IMG/VR virus record: IMGVR_UViG_3300024283_000005
Span: 1-47,908 of that record
Direction: 5' to 3' (one strand)
DNA length: 47,908 nucleotides
DNA from: a virus
Lineage: Duplodnaviria > Caudoviricetes
Shown: positions 1 through 8,042 of the stretch, one piece after another
Layout of the letters: the number at the start of each line of letters is the position of its first letter
How positions within the stretch are numbered: the first letter of the stretch is position 1
Translations under genes and position numbers: made by a program
Notes under the pieces: model-generated
Databases searched by the model: none
Told to the model about the DNA's origin: nothing
What the model saw: the letters and a program-made list of their open reading frames with translations, nothing else

Positions 1-127
1 GCGCGCCGACCACGTGCACGCCATGCCCGCAGTCGCGACCGGCTCCGTCGACGGCTTCATGGCGGCGCTCGATAAGTTCCAGTTCGACATCATGCGAACC
101 GGCACGCCGTGGGCCATCGCGCCGAGC
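1..127. repeat. Terminal direct repeat (copy 1), identical to 47782-47908; circular-assembly overlap
   Basis: Exact 127-bp match with the window end; reading frame runs continuously across the junction. Confidence 0.95.
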
Positions 128-1300
128 CCCTCTGCGCCTACCGCCGGCTCGATATCCGTGGTCGCAGCCGCGGGCGTCGCGATCAACTTCCCGACGTCAC
201 CTGCGAACGGCGACAAGGTCTCAGTGCTGTGCATCCCCGGCACGGCCTTCACCTATAGCGTCGCGGGCGGCACCAAGCTCATCCGCGACGTCGGGGGCCG
301 CGCCGCTGCGATAGGCCTCACCTTCAACTCGACAGATGGCTGCATCACGTGGATGTATGCAACCAACGCGGGCGCGTGGGAGGTCTTCTCAGTCTATGAG
401 CCGTACGCGGGCGGGCTCGCCGCAGATCCGCAGACAAACGGTTACCGCCTCGCCCCAAACGTTGACGACACGTTTGCGGGAGACGGCAACTACGGCGTCG
501 TGTACCTCGCGCCAGTCAAAGGCGACCGCATCGCGCTCTACGACACCACGACGAGCTCGTGGCGTCTATTTACGGCCTCGTCGCTCTTGTACTCGCTCAG
601 CGGACGATCGTCCGGCATACCGTTCGACCTGTTCGCCTATCAGACGGGCGGCGTCGTCGCGCTCGAGGCGCAGAACTGGTCAACCCCGACAGGCCGCTCA
701 GCCAGCATCGGACGCCGCAACGGCGTCTGGGTAAAGAACAGCGACAATACGCGCCGCTATCTCGGCACCGTGCGCCCGCGCAGCTCGACCACGTATGGCA
801 TACGTCGCAACATTGCGTACGACACTGGCCCCGCGGGCGTCGATATCTGGAACGTCGACAACAGACAGCAAACCGCCGTCACACTCCAAGGCCTCGGATC
901 GCCAACCTCCTACGCATACACGGCTACGTCGTACCGCCAGGCCAACGCATCCGCCAACGCGCAGATCGATGTGATTACGGGCATCACCGGCGACCCCGTC
1001 GCCGTTGACCTCGTCGCAAGCTGCAACACAAGCAGCACAACCTCCGTCTCGCCGTCTGTCGGTATTGGCTTCAACAGCACCTCTAGCCCGAGCAGCTCGC
1101 GCGGCGCGTTGCAGATATGCCGACCAACAGCCGAGGCCAAGCCCGACACCGCGCTGCTCACTGCGAAGCTAACAAACACACCGCAGGTCGGTGTCAACGC
1201 CTACACGTGGCTCGAATGCGGCGGCGCCGGAGTCACGTTTTTTGGAACCTCGCTCGACTTCCGACAGTTCCCGGCCATGACCGCGCTCGTTTGGTACTGA
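1..1300 (+). CDS. C-terminal part of the giant fibre protein that starts at 43379 (probable receptor-binding region)
   Basis: ORF 14..1300 is in frame with 43379 once the 127-bp overlap is removed ((47781+14-43379)/3=1472); beta-rich Thr/Ser/Gly domain with RRYLGTVR and WNVDNR motifs resembling phage fibre domains. Confidence 0.8.
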   Translation, partial: RADHVHAMPAVATGSVDGFMAALDKFQFDIMRTGTPWAIAPSPSAPTAGSISVVAAAGVAINFPTSPANGDKVSVLCIPGTAFTYSVAGGTKLIRDVGGRAAAIGLTFNSTDGCITWMYATNAGAWEVFSVYEPYAGGLAADPQTNGYRLAPNVDDTFAGDGNYGVVYLAPVKGDRIALYDTTTSSWRLFTASSLLYSLSGRSSGIPFDLFAYQTGGVVALEAQNWSTPTGRSASIGRRNGVWVKNSDNTRRYLGTVRPRSSTTYGIRRNIAYDTGPAGVDIWNVDNRQQTAVTLQGLGSPTSYAYTATSYRQANASANAQIDVITGITGDPVAVDLVASCNTSSTTSVSPSVGIGFNSTSSPSSSRGALQICRPTAEAKPDTALLTAKLTNTPQVGVNAYTWLECGGAGVTFFGTSLDFRQFPAMTALVWY

Positions 1301-1325
1301 CCATCAACCGCCAAGAGGTGCAGCC

Positions 1326-1733
1326 GTGAGCGACATCTTGCAACCGCGTTTCACCGACCGCCGCGTGGGCTCGACTAACGAGCCGATGCGTTACCGCGTC
1401 ATGTACGGCCAATGCCCGGCGCAGTTCCCGTACGACATCGACCCCGACGACGGCACCGACCAAGGGGCCGCCGTCAGCGCGACGCTGCTATGCTTCGACT
1501 CGAGCGTGCTCAAGCTCGGCACCGGCGAGGGGCACATCGAGCCCAACGGGTGGATCGTGTATCAGCCGAGCGCCGCCGACGTGGACACCCCCGGGCTTTG
1601 GTACGTCGAGCTAACAGTCATCGTCAGCGCCGTCAGCGTCTACAAGTCCCCATCCATCGCGCTGCGTCTCATCCAAAACGACCCCTACTATGAGATCCCG
1701 CCCGCGCCGCCCATCACCCCGCCGGGCCCATGA
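1326..1733 (+). CDS. Hypothetical virion-associated protein (BppU/Ig-like beta domain)
   Basis: GAGGTG RBS upstream; GWIVYQPSAADVDTPGLWYVELTV resembles BppU N-terminal-like domains; follows the fibre gene. Confidence 0.5.
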   Translation: MSDILQPRFTDRRVGSTNEPMRYRVMYGQCPAQFPYDIDPDDGTDQGAAVSATLLCFDSSVLKLGTGEGHIEPNGWIVYQPSAADVDTPGLWYVELTVIVSAVSVYKSPSIALRLIQNDPYYEIPPAPPITPPGP

Positions 1734-2032
1734 CCCGCAAGCGCAAATCAAGCTACACTCAGATCGTGGGGCCAAACACCGCGACCGCTCGCTCGTCTGA
1801 CGTCGCGCAGGTTTACGCCACCTTCCGCGCCGCCGCCGACCACCTGACCAGCGCAGGCTACAGATACGACCGCGAGCGGCTCGCGTGGCTGCATGCGTCG
1901 CTGCGCCCCCAGCGCATCGAGCGGCGCGAGGGCGAGCGCCGCAGAGGCAGCGGGGGGCCCCGAGAGCCGTCCGTCTACGTCGTGGTGATGCTGCCCGACC
2001 CTCGCGGCAAACCGCCGCCCGCGCGCATCTAA
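1730..2032 (+). CDS. Hypothetical protein
   Basis: ATGA overlap with the upstream stop; 100 aa. Confidence 0.5.
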   Translation: MTRKRKSSYTQIVGPNTATARSSDVAQVYATFRAAADHLTSAGYRYDRERLAWLHASLRPQRIERREGERRRGSGGPREPSVYVVVMLPDPRGKPPPARI

Positions 2033-2427
2033 GAGCCCGTGCGGGCCCGCTTGCGCTCGAGCTCGGGCGCGTGCTCGCCCACGAGCGGCAGAAAGAGCTG
2101 CCGATCCTCGCCCGCCGCCTCGCGCTTGAGACGCCGCCGAGCTCGGCCAGCCACCGACGGCGCGAGCTCGACCCCGGTCTGCATGAGCGACCACAGCCGG
2201 GCCCGCAGCGCGTAGCTCGGCGGGCGCTCGCCGCGCTCGACCTCGCCGATCGTTCCGACGCTCACCCCGACGAGCTGCGCGAGCTCGCGCTGCGACAGCA
2301 CCCCGCCGCTCGAGCCGCGCTGCGCGAGCCGCCACGCCCGCACAACCGCCATCTCGCCCGAGATACCCGTGCGCCACCGCTCGAGGTCGTCGGGCCCGTG
2401 CCCGCGCTTGCTGCGTCGTCTCGTCAT
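2029..2427 (-). CDS. XRE/Cro-C1 helix-turn-helix regulator
   Basis: LSQRELAQLVGVSVGTIGEVERGERPPS is a canonical HTH_3 motif; start placed at ATG 2427. Confidence 0.8.
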   Translation of the reverse strand: MTRRRSKRGHGPDDLERWRTGISGEMAVVRAWRLAQRGSSGGVLSQRELAQLVGVSVGTIGEVERGERPPSYALRARLWSLMQTGVELAPSVAGRARRRLKREAAGEDRQLFLPLVGEHAPELERKRARTGS

Positions 2428-2439
2428 GCTCTCACCGCC

Positions 2440-2479
2440 TGCGTGACGCTTGCGCGTCATGACATCGTGACGTCGTAAC
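2440..2479. promoter_or_regulatory. 8-bp-phased GTCnnGAC array 1
   Basis: TGCGTGAC GCTTGCGC GTCATGAC ATCGTGAC GTCGTAAC, immediately upstream of the XRE gene. Confidence 0.6.
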
Positions 2480-2589
2480 TCCCTGACACCCAAACTAACC
2501 ACGCCCGCCGGGCCCGTCGAGCGACAAGTGCAGCCCCGGGCGGCGCAAACGCGCTAGGCACGCCGCTGCTCGCGCGCTACGTCTCGCGC

Positions 2590-2937
2590 ATGACCGACCG
2601 CGGCATGGCCCGAGTGTGGCTACCCGACGAGCTCGCCGAGCGCGTGCGCCTCGCAGCGACCGCTCGAGGGCTGACCCTGCAGAAGCTCGGCGAGCAGCTC
2701 GTGCTCGAGGGGCTCGAGCAGCTGCGCCGCCAAGAGAAGCGCGAGCACAGCGCGGCCAACCGCGCGCGCCGCGCTGCCGCCGCCCACGACCTCGTCGGCT
2801 GTGACGCCTGCATCTGCCCCGCGCACGAGCACCCGGGCAGCCCCGCCCCCGGCGAGGGGCGTCACGACGTCGAGCCGTCCAGCGGTCACGACGTCGTGAC
2901 TCCTGACTGCGCCCCGGGCCCGCTCACCTGCCGATGA
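2590..2937 (+). CDS. Ribbon-helix-helix DNA-binding protein
   Basis: ARVWLPDELAERVRLAATARGLTLQKLGEQLVLEGL fits the RHH pattern; small Cys/His cluster in the C-terminal part. Confidence 0.65.
   Translation: MTDRGMARVWLPDELAERVRLAATARGLTLQKLGEQLVLEGLEQLRRQEKREHSAANRARRAAAAHDLVGCDACICPAHEHPGSPAPGEGRHDVEPSSGHDVVTPDCAPGPLTCR
2861..2900. promoter_or_regulatory. 8-bp-phased GTCnnGAC array 2 (downstream of the par operon)
   Basis: GTCACGAC GTCGAGCC GTCCAGCG GTCACGAC GTCGTGAC; includes the 16-bp palindrome GTCACGACGTCGTGAC at 2885-2900. Confidence 0.7.
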
Positions 2938-3430
2938 GCCGCCGCGCGACCTGCGACAGCGCGCTGCGCAGCTCGGCGCGGTCTTTGCCCCGCGCGACCG
3001 CGCGCTCGAGCTCGGGCAGCACTTCGGGCTCGAGCCACTGCTGCGACTCGGCGGCGAGATACCCGAGCACCGCCGCCGTCACCACGCCCGAGATCTCTAG
3101 GTCCGCGCCTTCGAGCCGCCGCCGCAGCACGTGCTGCCGCAGGGCGTCGCCGACCTCGACGGGCAAGTAGGCTTGTATGCGGTCAATCTCGCCGCCGTTT
3201 GCCCGCACACCGCGCCCCTTGCGCGAGCCCCGGGCGTTGGTGCGCGTGCGCTCGCGCTCGCGCGGCTCGAGCCCCTCGCTGCCCGCGAGCGGCATCTGCC
3301 GCGTTATGTCGCGACGCACTGCGACGTGCTCGGCGCCGCTCGTATCCACCGCCGGGCTCGGCACACGCACCTCGTCGACGCGCGCCGTGGCGGGCGCTCG
3401 GCGCAGGTTGCTGTTGACGGGCACGCTCAT
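2924..3430 (-). CDS. ParG/omega-like RHH centromere-binding partner of ParA (type Ib partition)
   Basis: Overlaps the parA stop; low-complexity N-terminus then IQAYLPVEVGDALRQHV...ISGVVTAAVLGYL RHH-like segment. Confidence 0.65.
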   Translation of the reverse strand: MSVPVNSNLRRAPATARVDEVRVPSPAVDTSGAEHVAVRRDITRQMPLAGSEGLEPRERERTRTNARGSRKGRGVRANGGEIDRIQAYLPVEVGDALRQHVLRRRLEGADLEISGVVTAAVLGYLAAESQQWLEPEVLPELERAVARGKDRAELRSALSQVARRLIGR

Positions 3431-4158
3431 CGAGCACCCGCCGACACTGCCTGCGCGCGCTGCGTGTCGCCCGACGCCGCCGGCAGCCGCAGCCGCGGGC
3501 CCGCGAGCGCCTCTATGTCACTCATGAGCCGCCACACTTCGAGCGCCGCAATGCTGCCCGGCCGACACACCGTCACACCCTGCCCGCGCGCAAACGCGTG
3601 CCCGTAGTCCGCGCGCCGCCGCAGCACCGCGTCGGCGACCGGCACGTGCAGCTGCGACCTGACATCACTCTGCAACGCCCGCGCGCCGCGCACGCGATCG
3701 TCGAGCCGCGTGATCAGCACCATCACGTCGAGGGGCTCGAGGCCGCGCTCACTGCGCGACCGCTGCGCAGCGCGTGCAATGTCCACCGAGCTCGAGAGCT
3801 CCATCTGCTCGGTTACCTCGTGCGACACCGGGATGAGCGCGAGGTCGCACTGCGAGAGCACCTCGGCTTGCACCTCATTCATGCGCGGCGGCGTGTCGAC
3901 CACGATCGCGTCGTACTGCCGCCGGGCGTCGATGAGCTCGCGGTGCAGCTGCACCACGCGCTGCCAGTGCTGCCCGTCGGGCCGCTCGCGCTTCTGCTCG
4001 CGCCCAATCTCGATCCACTGCGACGCCGACCCTTGCGGATCAGCGTCCACGAGTAGGGTATTGACCCCGCGCCGCTGCAGCTCGGCAGCCACGCTCACTG
4101 ACAAGGTCGTCTTACCCGACCCGCCTTTTTGCCCGCAAAACGCGATTACGTACGCCAT
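3427..4158 (-). CDS. parA: ParA family partition ATPase
   Basis: Deviant Walker A GQKGGSGKTT, LLVDADPQGS, Walker B YDAIVVDTPP; no N-terminal HTH (type Ib). Confidence 0.95.
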   Translation of the reverse strand: MAYVIAFCGQKGGSGKTTLSVSVAAELQRRGVNTLLVDADPQGSASQWIEIGREQKRERPDGQHWQRVVQLHRELIDARRQYDAIVVDTPPRMNEVQAEVLSQCDLALIPVSHEVTEQMELSSSVDIARAAQRSRSERGLEPLDVMVLITRLDDRVRGARALQSDVRSQLHVPVADAVLRRRADYGHAFARGQGVTVCRPGSIAALEVWRLMSDIEALAGPRLRLPAASGDTQRAQAVSAGAR

Positions 4159-4165
4159 GCTACGC

Positions 4166-4187
4166 AGTGAACGCTCGAGCGTTCACT
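4166..4187. promoter_or_regulatory. Perfect 22-bp palindrome (operator candidate) just upstream of parA
   Basis: AGTGAACGCTCGAGCGTTCACT; TTGACA on the minus strand at 4189-4194 is adjacent. Confidence 0.6.
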
Positions 4188-4194
4188 CTGTCAA

Positions 4195-4265
4195 GTTACG
4201 ACGTCAGAGCGGCCAGACGTCACGACGTCGGCGTGTGGAGTCAGACAGTCACGACGTCGTGACTG
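4195..4265. promoter_or_regulatory. 8-bp-phased GTCnnGAC array 3 (parC/parS candidate upstream of parA)
   Basis: GTTACGAC GTCAGAGC GGCCAGAC GTCACGAC ... GTCAGACA GTCACGAC GTCGTGAC; 20-bp palindrome CAGTCACGACGTCGTGACTG at 4246-4265. Confidence 0.7.
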
Positions 4266-4649
4266 CTCGACCGTTGCGCGTCAGACGCGACATATGTGCG
4301 CGCCAAAAGCGTTGCAGCTCGTCGCGCTCGCGGTTAGCGTGCACGTCACTGCGCCCCCAAAGCGCACGAAAGGCCGGTCAGCGTTGCAACCGCTGACCGG
4401 CCCGCAGAAACCCCTATCACAAGGCATCTCACCGTGAATCGTACCATAAAAACGCTCAGAATCGCACTCGTCACCGCGCTGCTCGCTGCGCATGCTTGGC
4501 TCGAGGACGCCTCGCCCGAGTACGACTGCGACCTCGTCGCAGAATGCGCACAGCCGCAGTAGGATCGCGCTCGAGCCGACTGCCCGCCGCGCCGCGCCAA
4601 CCCCACCCGGCAGCGCGGCGGGCCGACCGCTCCTGCGCCGTGCTCAGCC

Positions 4650-5021
4650 ATGACCACGCCCCGCAGCCGACCCCGTCGCCGACCCCAAGACGCCAAGCCC
4701 CGGACACCGATCACAGACTCCGAGCGCGTGCGCCGACTCTACGCTCGCGGCATGCCGCGCAAGGCCATCGAGAAAAAGCTGAAGCTCAGCCGGCAGACGG
4801 TCAACTCTGCGCTCATGCGCTCGAGCACGCGAGGCCGCCCACGTGGCGACCTGCACGCGAGGCTCACCGTCGTCACCGACGAGGCCACCGTCGAGTGGCT
4901 GCGCTCGCTCGCCCGCGAGCTGCGTGTGTCCATGGGCGAGGTGCTGCGACGCATGCGGCTCGCCATGACCGAGCTCGAGCACGACCGCGAGCCACGCGCT
5001 GCAGCCGACGGCGGCGGCTGA
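4650..5021 (+). CDS. HTH + RGRP + RHH DNA-binding protein
   Basis: VRRLYARGMPRKAIEKKLKLSRQTVNSAL (HTH), RGRPR, RLTVVTDEATVEWLRSLARELRVSMGEVLRR (RHH). Confidence 0.7.
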   Translation: MTTPRSRPRRRPQDAKPRTPITDSERVRRLYARGMPRKAIEKKLKLSRQTVNSALMRSSTRGRPRGDLHARLTVVTDEATVEWLRSLARELRVSMGEVLRRMRLAMTELEHDREPRAAADGGG

Positions 5022-5113
5022 TTTTGCCTGTACAATAAAGACTTGACGCGGCAGACCCTGCGAAACAAGCTACTCGCGCGCCCCGCGCAACGCCCACGAA
5101 GGAGCCGCAAACG

Positions 5114-5725
5114 ATGCCTGCGAAGTCCACCGCCGCACCCCGCGCCGCCACGATCCGACGCATCCTCGACCGCGGGGGCAGCCGCCCGCTCGCGGCCAAG
5201 CTCACCGGCGCGAGCCGCCAAGCCGTGGCAGAGGCCGCCAAGCAACGGCGACCGCGCGGGCGCCCACCCGTCGCGCTGCCCCGCGATCGGCTCACCGTCT
5301 ACGTGCGCCAGGTCACCGCGCTGCGCCTCTCCGACGCCGCGCACGAGCGCGAGCAGACCGTCGGCGAGGTCATCGACACGCTCAGCGAGCCGCTGCGCAA
5401 GCGCGAGCCATGGGCCCCTTGCAAGCTGTGCGGTGCGCAGATGTTTGTGCAAGACCCCGGCGAGGTGCCGCTCGAGCTCGAGCGCATCTTGACGCAGATG
5501 CTCACGCAGGAGACCCGCGATCGCACCGTCGCCGACTACCACAACAGCACCGCGATCGGCGCCCGCGTCGGGCTCGCCTACGTGCTCGACCGCATGGCGG
5601 GCCACTGCTCGACGTGCGGGCCATGGGTGAACCTCCTGCGCGCCGAGCGGGCCCAGCCCGTGACGTCAGAGCGTCAAGACGTCACGACGTCGCAACGTTC
5701 CGACGTCGGGGCAGCTCGGCCATGA
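5114..5725 (+). CDS. HTH + RGRP + RHH + CxxC protein, paralogue of 4650..5021
   Basis: AAGGAG RBS; LAAKLTGASRQAV, RPRGRPP, RLTVYVRQ...TVGEVIDTL, CKLC...CSTC. Confidence 0.7.
   Translation: MPAKSTAAPRAATIRRILDRGGSRPLAAKLTGASRQAVAEAAKQRRPRGRPPVALPRDRLTVYVRQVTALRLSDAAHEREQTVGEVIDTLSEPLRKREPWAPCKLCGAQMFVQDPGEVPLELERILTQMLTQETRDRTVADYHNSTAIGARVGLAYVLDRMAGHCSTCGPWVNLLRAERAQPVTSERQDVTTSQRSDVGAARP
5665..5712. promoter_or_regulatory. 8-bp-phased GTCnnGAC array 4
   Basis: GTCAGAGC GTCAAGAC GTCACGAC GTCGCAAC GTTCCGAC GTCGGGGC, just before ATG 5722. Confidence 0.7.
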
Positions 5726-5973
5726 GCGGCTTTTACGCGGCTATCGGCTCGCTCGGCACGCTCCCCGGGCGCGATCGCGTGCTCGGCGTCGGGCGCACCG
5801 AGGCCATCGCGCTCGAGGACGCCCGTCAGGGCGCGCTCGCTGACCCCGACGTGCCCCGGCGCGTCTACGCGCTCGTCGAGCTCACACCGGCCCAGCACAG
5901 CCGCGTGCTGTGCGGCGAGCTCGATGCCGTCGAGCTCGGCCTCGCGCCGCCCGCCAACCATCAACACCACTGA
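5722..5973 (+). CDS. Hypothetical protein
   Basis: ATGA-coupled to the previous gene; codon style typical of this genome. Confidence 0.6.
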   Translation: MSGFYAAIGSLGTLPGRDRVLGVGRTEAIALEDARQGALADPDVPRRVYALVELTPAQHSRVLCGELDAVELGLAPPANHQHH

Positions 5974-6052
5974 CCCCGAGACCGCTACCGTAAACGCGTC
6001 GACTTTTGCCACCATACGGCCCCTAACGAGGTCGAAAAAGAGGAACTGTCCC

Positions 6053-6637
6053 ATGACTGCACACCACCGCACCCCGCTCGAGCAGATACGCGACCTGCTG
6101 CCCGACCACACCCGCGCCGAGATTATCGCGGGCGAGCTCATCGTCTACCCGCCGCCGACGGCTCGGCACAACCTCGTCGAGCGCCACCTCGCCACGCAGC
6201 TCGACGACGCGCTTGGCGGCGGCACGCGCGGCAACGCCCGACGCTGGCTCATCCTGCAGGGCGCGGGCGTCTACCTGCCCGAGACCCTGCGTGAGAGCGA
6301 CGAGCGCGAGTATCTCGTGCCCGACGTCGTCGGGTGGCGCATCGTCAACGCCCCGCGCGACCTCGACGCGGGCATATTTTGGGAGCGCCCCGACTGGGTG
6401 TGTGAGGTGCTCTCGAGCAAGCCCGGGCGCGACCGCTCGAGCAAGCGCGAGCTCTATCAACGCATGGGCGTGCCGCACTATTGGATGGTTCACCCGCGCG
6501 AGCGTTGGATCGATGCATGCTCGCTGCCGAGCACGCAGCTCTACCAATGCCAGCGGCACGCCTACGCGCCCACGCTGCAGCTCGAGCCGTTCGACATCGA
6601 GCTCGACCTGCGCCGCATCTTCGACGTCGAGCTGTAG
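6053..6637 (+). CDS. Uma2/DUF820 family PD-(D/E)XK endonuclease
   Basis: AEIIAGEL, P..RH, LVPDVVGWR, PDWVCEVLS, K..LY...GVPHYWMVHP; GAGGA RBS before ATG 6053. Confidence 0.9.
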   Translation: MTAHHRTPLEQIRDLLPDHTRAEIIAGELIVYPPPTARHNLVERHLATQLDDALGGGTRGNARRWLILQGAGVYLPETLRESDEREYLVPDVVGWRIVNAPRDLDAGIFWERPDWVCEVLSSKPGRDRSSKRELYQRMGVPHYWMVHPRERWIDACSLPSTQLYQCQRHAYAPTLQLEPFDIELDLRRIFDVEL

Positions 6638-6717
6638 GGGGCTCGCGGCGTGCTGCGCCTACCGCGGGTTACGCGCCTCACGAGCAGCCGGCAGGCCGGC
6701 AGCTCGCTCGGGCGCGT

Positions 6718-7026
6718 CTAGCTGCCAGGCTCGATCTCGCGGATATCAATCTTGCTGACCGGCGCATCGAGCGTGCCCGCAAAGAGCTGCAGCACTCCGT
6801 CGAGCACCTCGCACAGCTTCTCGCGCTCGCCCATGGTCTGCCACTTGGCCGACAGCGAGCACGCGCCCCGGGCCTCGCGCTCGTAGACCACGAGCGCCAC
6901 CGCATAGCGCTCGAGCAGCGGGCCGCAATGCTTCTCGATCGTCTCGAGCAGCGCGTCGCCAAAGTCGGCGCATTCCTGCGACCGCCGCTGCATGTCCCGC
7001 ATATCCGGCATGGCGGCGCCCAGCAT
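6718..7026 (-). CDS. Hypothetical protein
   Basis: 102-aa ORF with protein-like composition; start uncertain. Confidence 0.55.
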   Translation of the reverse strand: MLGAAMPDMRDMQRRSQECADFGDALLETIEKHCGPLLERYAVALVVYEREARGACSLSAKWQTMGEREKLCEVLDGVLQLFAGTLDAPVSKIDIREIEPGS

Positions 7027-7089
7027 GCCCGAGCTCGCGGGGCGCGTAAAGCGCCTCTCGCGCGCGCGAGGGGGCCCGCGGGCGTCAGA

Positions 7090-7145
7090 GTCTAGGAGTC
7101 ACACAGTCAGACAGTCACGACGTCACAACTGTCAGGCGTCCAAGA
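7090..7145. promoter_or_regulatory. 8-bp-phased GTCnnGAC array 5 in a divergent intergenic region
   Basis: GTCTAGGA GTCACACA GTCAGACA GTCACGAC GTCACAAC TGTCAGGC GTCCAAGA. Confidence 0.7.
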
Positions 7146-7216
7146 GCAACGCCCGATAACGGTGTTTATGTCGACTCGTGCGCAGCGCCTGCACACCTGC
7201 TTTATGCTCGGGCCCC

Positions 7217-7453
7217 ATGCAATCCGCCACGTTCCGCCCCACGGACATCACGCTCGACTACGATGGCACCCTCTTGCGCGTGTGGGTTGCCGACCCCGAT
7301 GCACTCGGCGACGTGCACTGCGTGCTCGGGCACGCGAGCGACGCCAAGCTCGACGGCCCCATCGTGGGCATGTTCGCGGTGCACTCGTCGCTCGCTCACA
7401 CGCTGCCGGGCAAGCTCGCCAAGTATGCGCAGCACGCCGTCGACCGCCTCTGA
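7217..7453 (+). CDS. Hypothetical protein
   Basis: MQSATFRPTDITLDYDG...; TATGCT 8 nt upstream of the ATG. Confidence 0.6.
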   Translation: MQSATFRPTDITLDYDGTLLRVWVADPDALGDVHCVLGHASDAKLDGPIVGMFAVHSSLAHTLPGKLAKYAQHAVDRL

Positions 7454-7463
7454 GGGGCGCGCA

Positions 7464-7712
7464 TCACGCCTGCACGCGCCTCTTGTGCCCCTCAGCTATG
7501 GCCGCCTCGATCGCCGCCGCGTGCGGCTTCATCGCTGCCGCAAAGCGCGTTGCTTCGATTATCGCAACGACGTCACCGCGCTCGACCCCCGCACGCAGCT
7601 CGACCGCCCGCCGGTGCAGCTCCTCGAGCTGCTCGATCATCCACAAGCGCGTCGCGCGCACGTCGACCGGGTTGCCGTGCTCGTCGACCTCGGGCGGCTC
7701 TCTATCTGTCAT
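7464..7712 (-). CDS. Hypothetical helical protein
   Basis: MTDREPPEV...; GGAGG RBS; overlaps the upstream stop. Confidence 0.6.
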   Translation of the reverse strand: MTDREPPEVDEHGNPVDVRATRLWMIEQLEELHRRAVELRAGVERGDVVAIIEATRFAAAMKPHAAAIEAAIAEGHKRRVQA

Positions 7713-8002
7713 CGACGCCCCTCCCACGCTGCGTAGTCCTGCAGGGCGACCGCTTCCGTAGCGGCGCCAGGCCGCACCCCATCCGCGAGCAGCGTCTCGC
7801 CCACAGTGTTCATCAGCATCCCCCGCACGGCAGCGCGGCTGCCGAGCGTCGTCTGCAGGGCGAGCGCCTGCTCTGGCTCGCCTGCGGCGCCATGCACGAT
7901 AATCGTCACCGCGTCGCAGGGCCCGAGCAGCTCGAGCGCGTGCTCGAGCAGTGTGGACGCAATCAGATACCGCGCGCGTGAGCTTGTTGGTGAGTCTGCC
8001 AT
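7709..8002 (-). CDS. Hypothetical protein
   Basis: AAAGGA RBS upstream; 97 aa. Confidence 0.6.
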   Translation of the reverse strand: MADSPTSSRARYLIASTLLEHALELLGPCDAVTIIVHGAAGEPEQALALQTTLGSRAAVRGMLMNTVGETLLADGVRPGAATEAVALQDYAAWEGRR

Positions 8003-8042
8003 AGGCGTCCTTTGTCGCTCCTACCATCGAACACTCGTTGCG

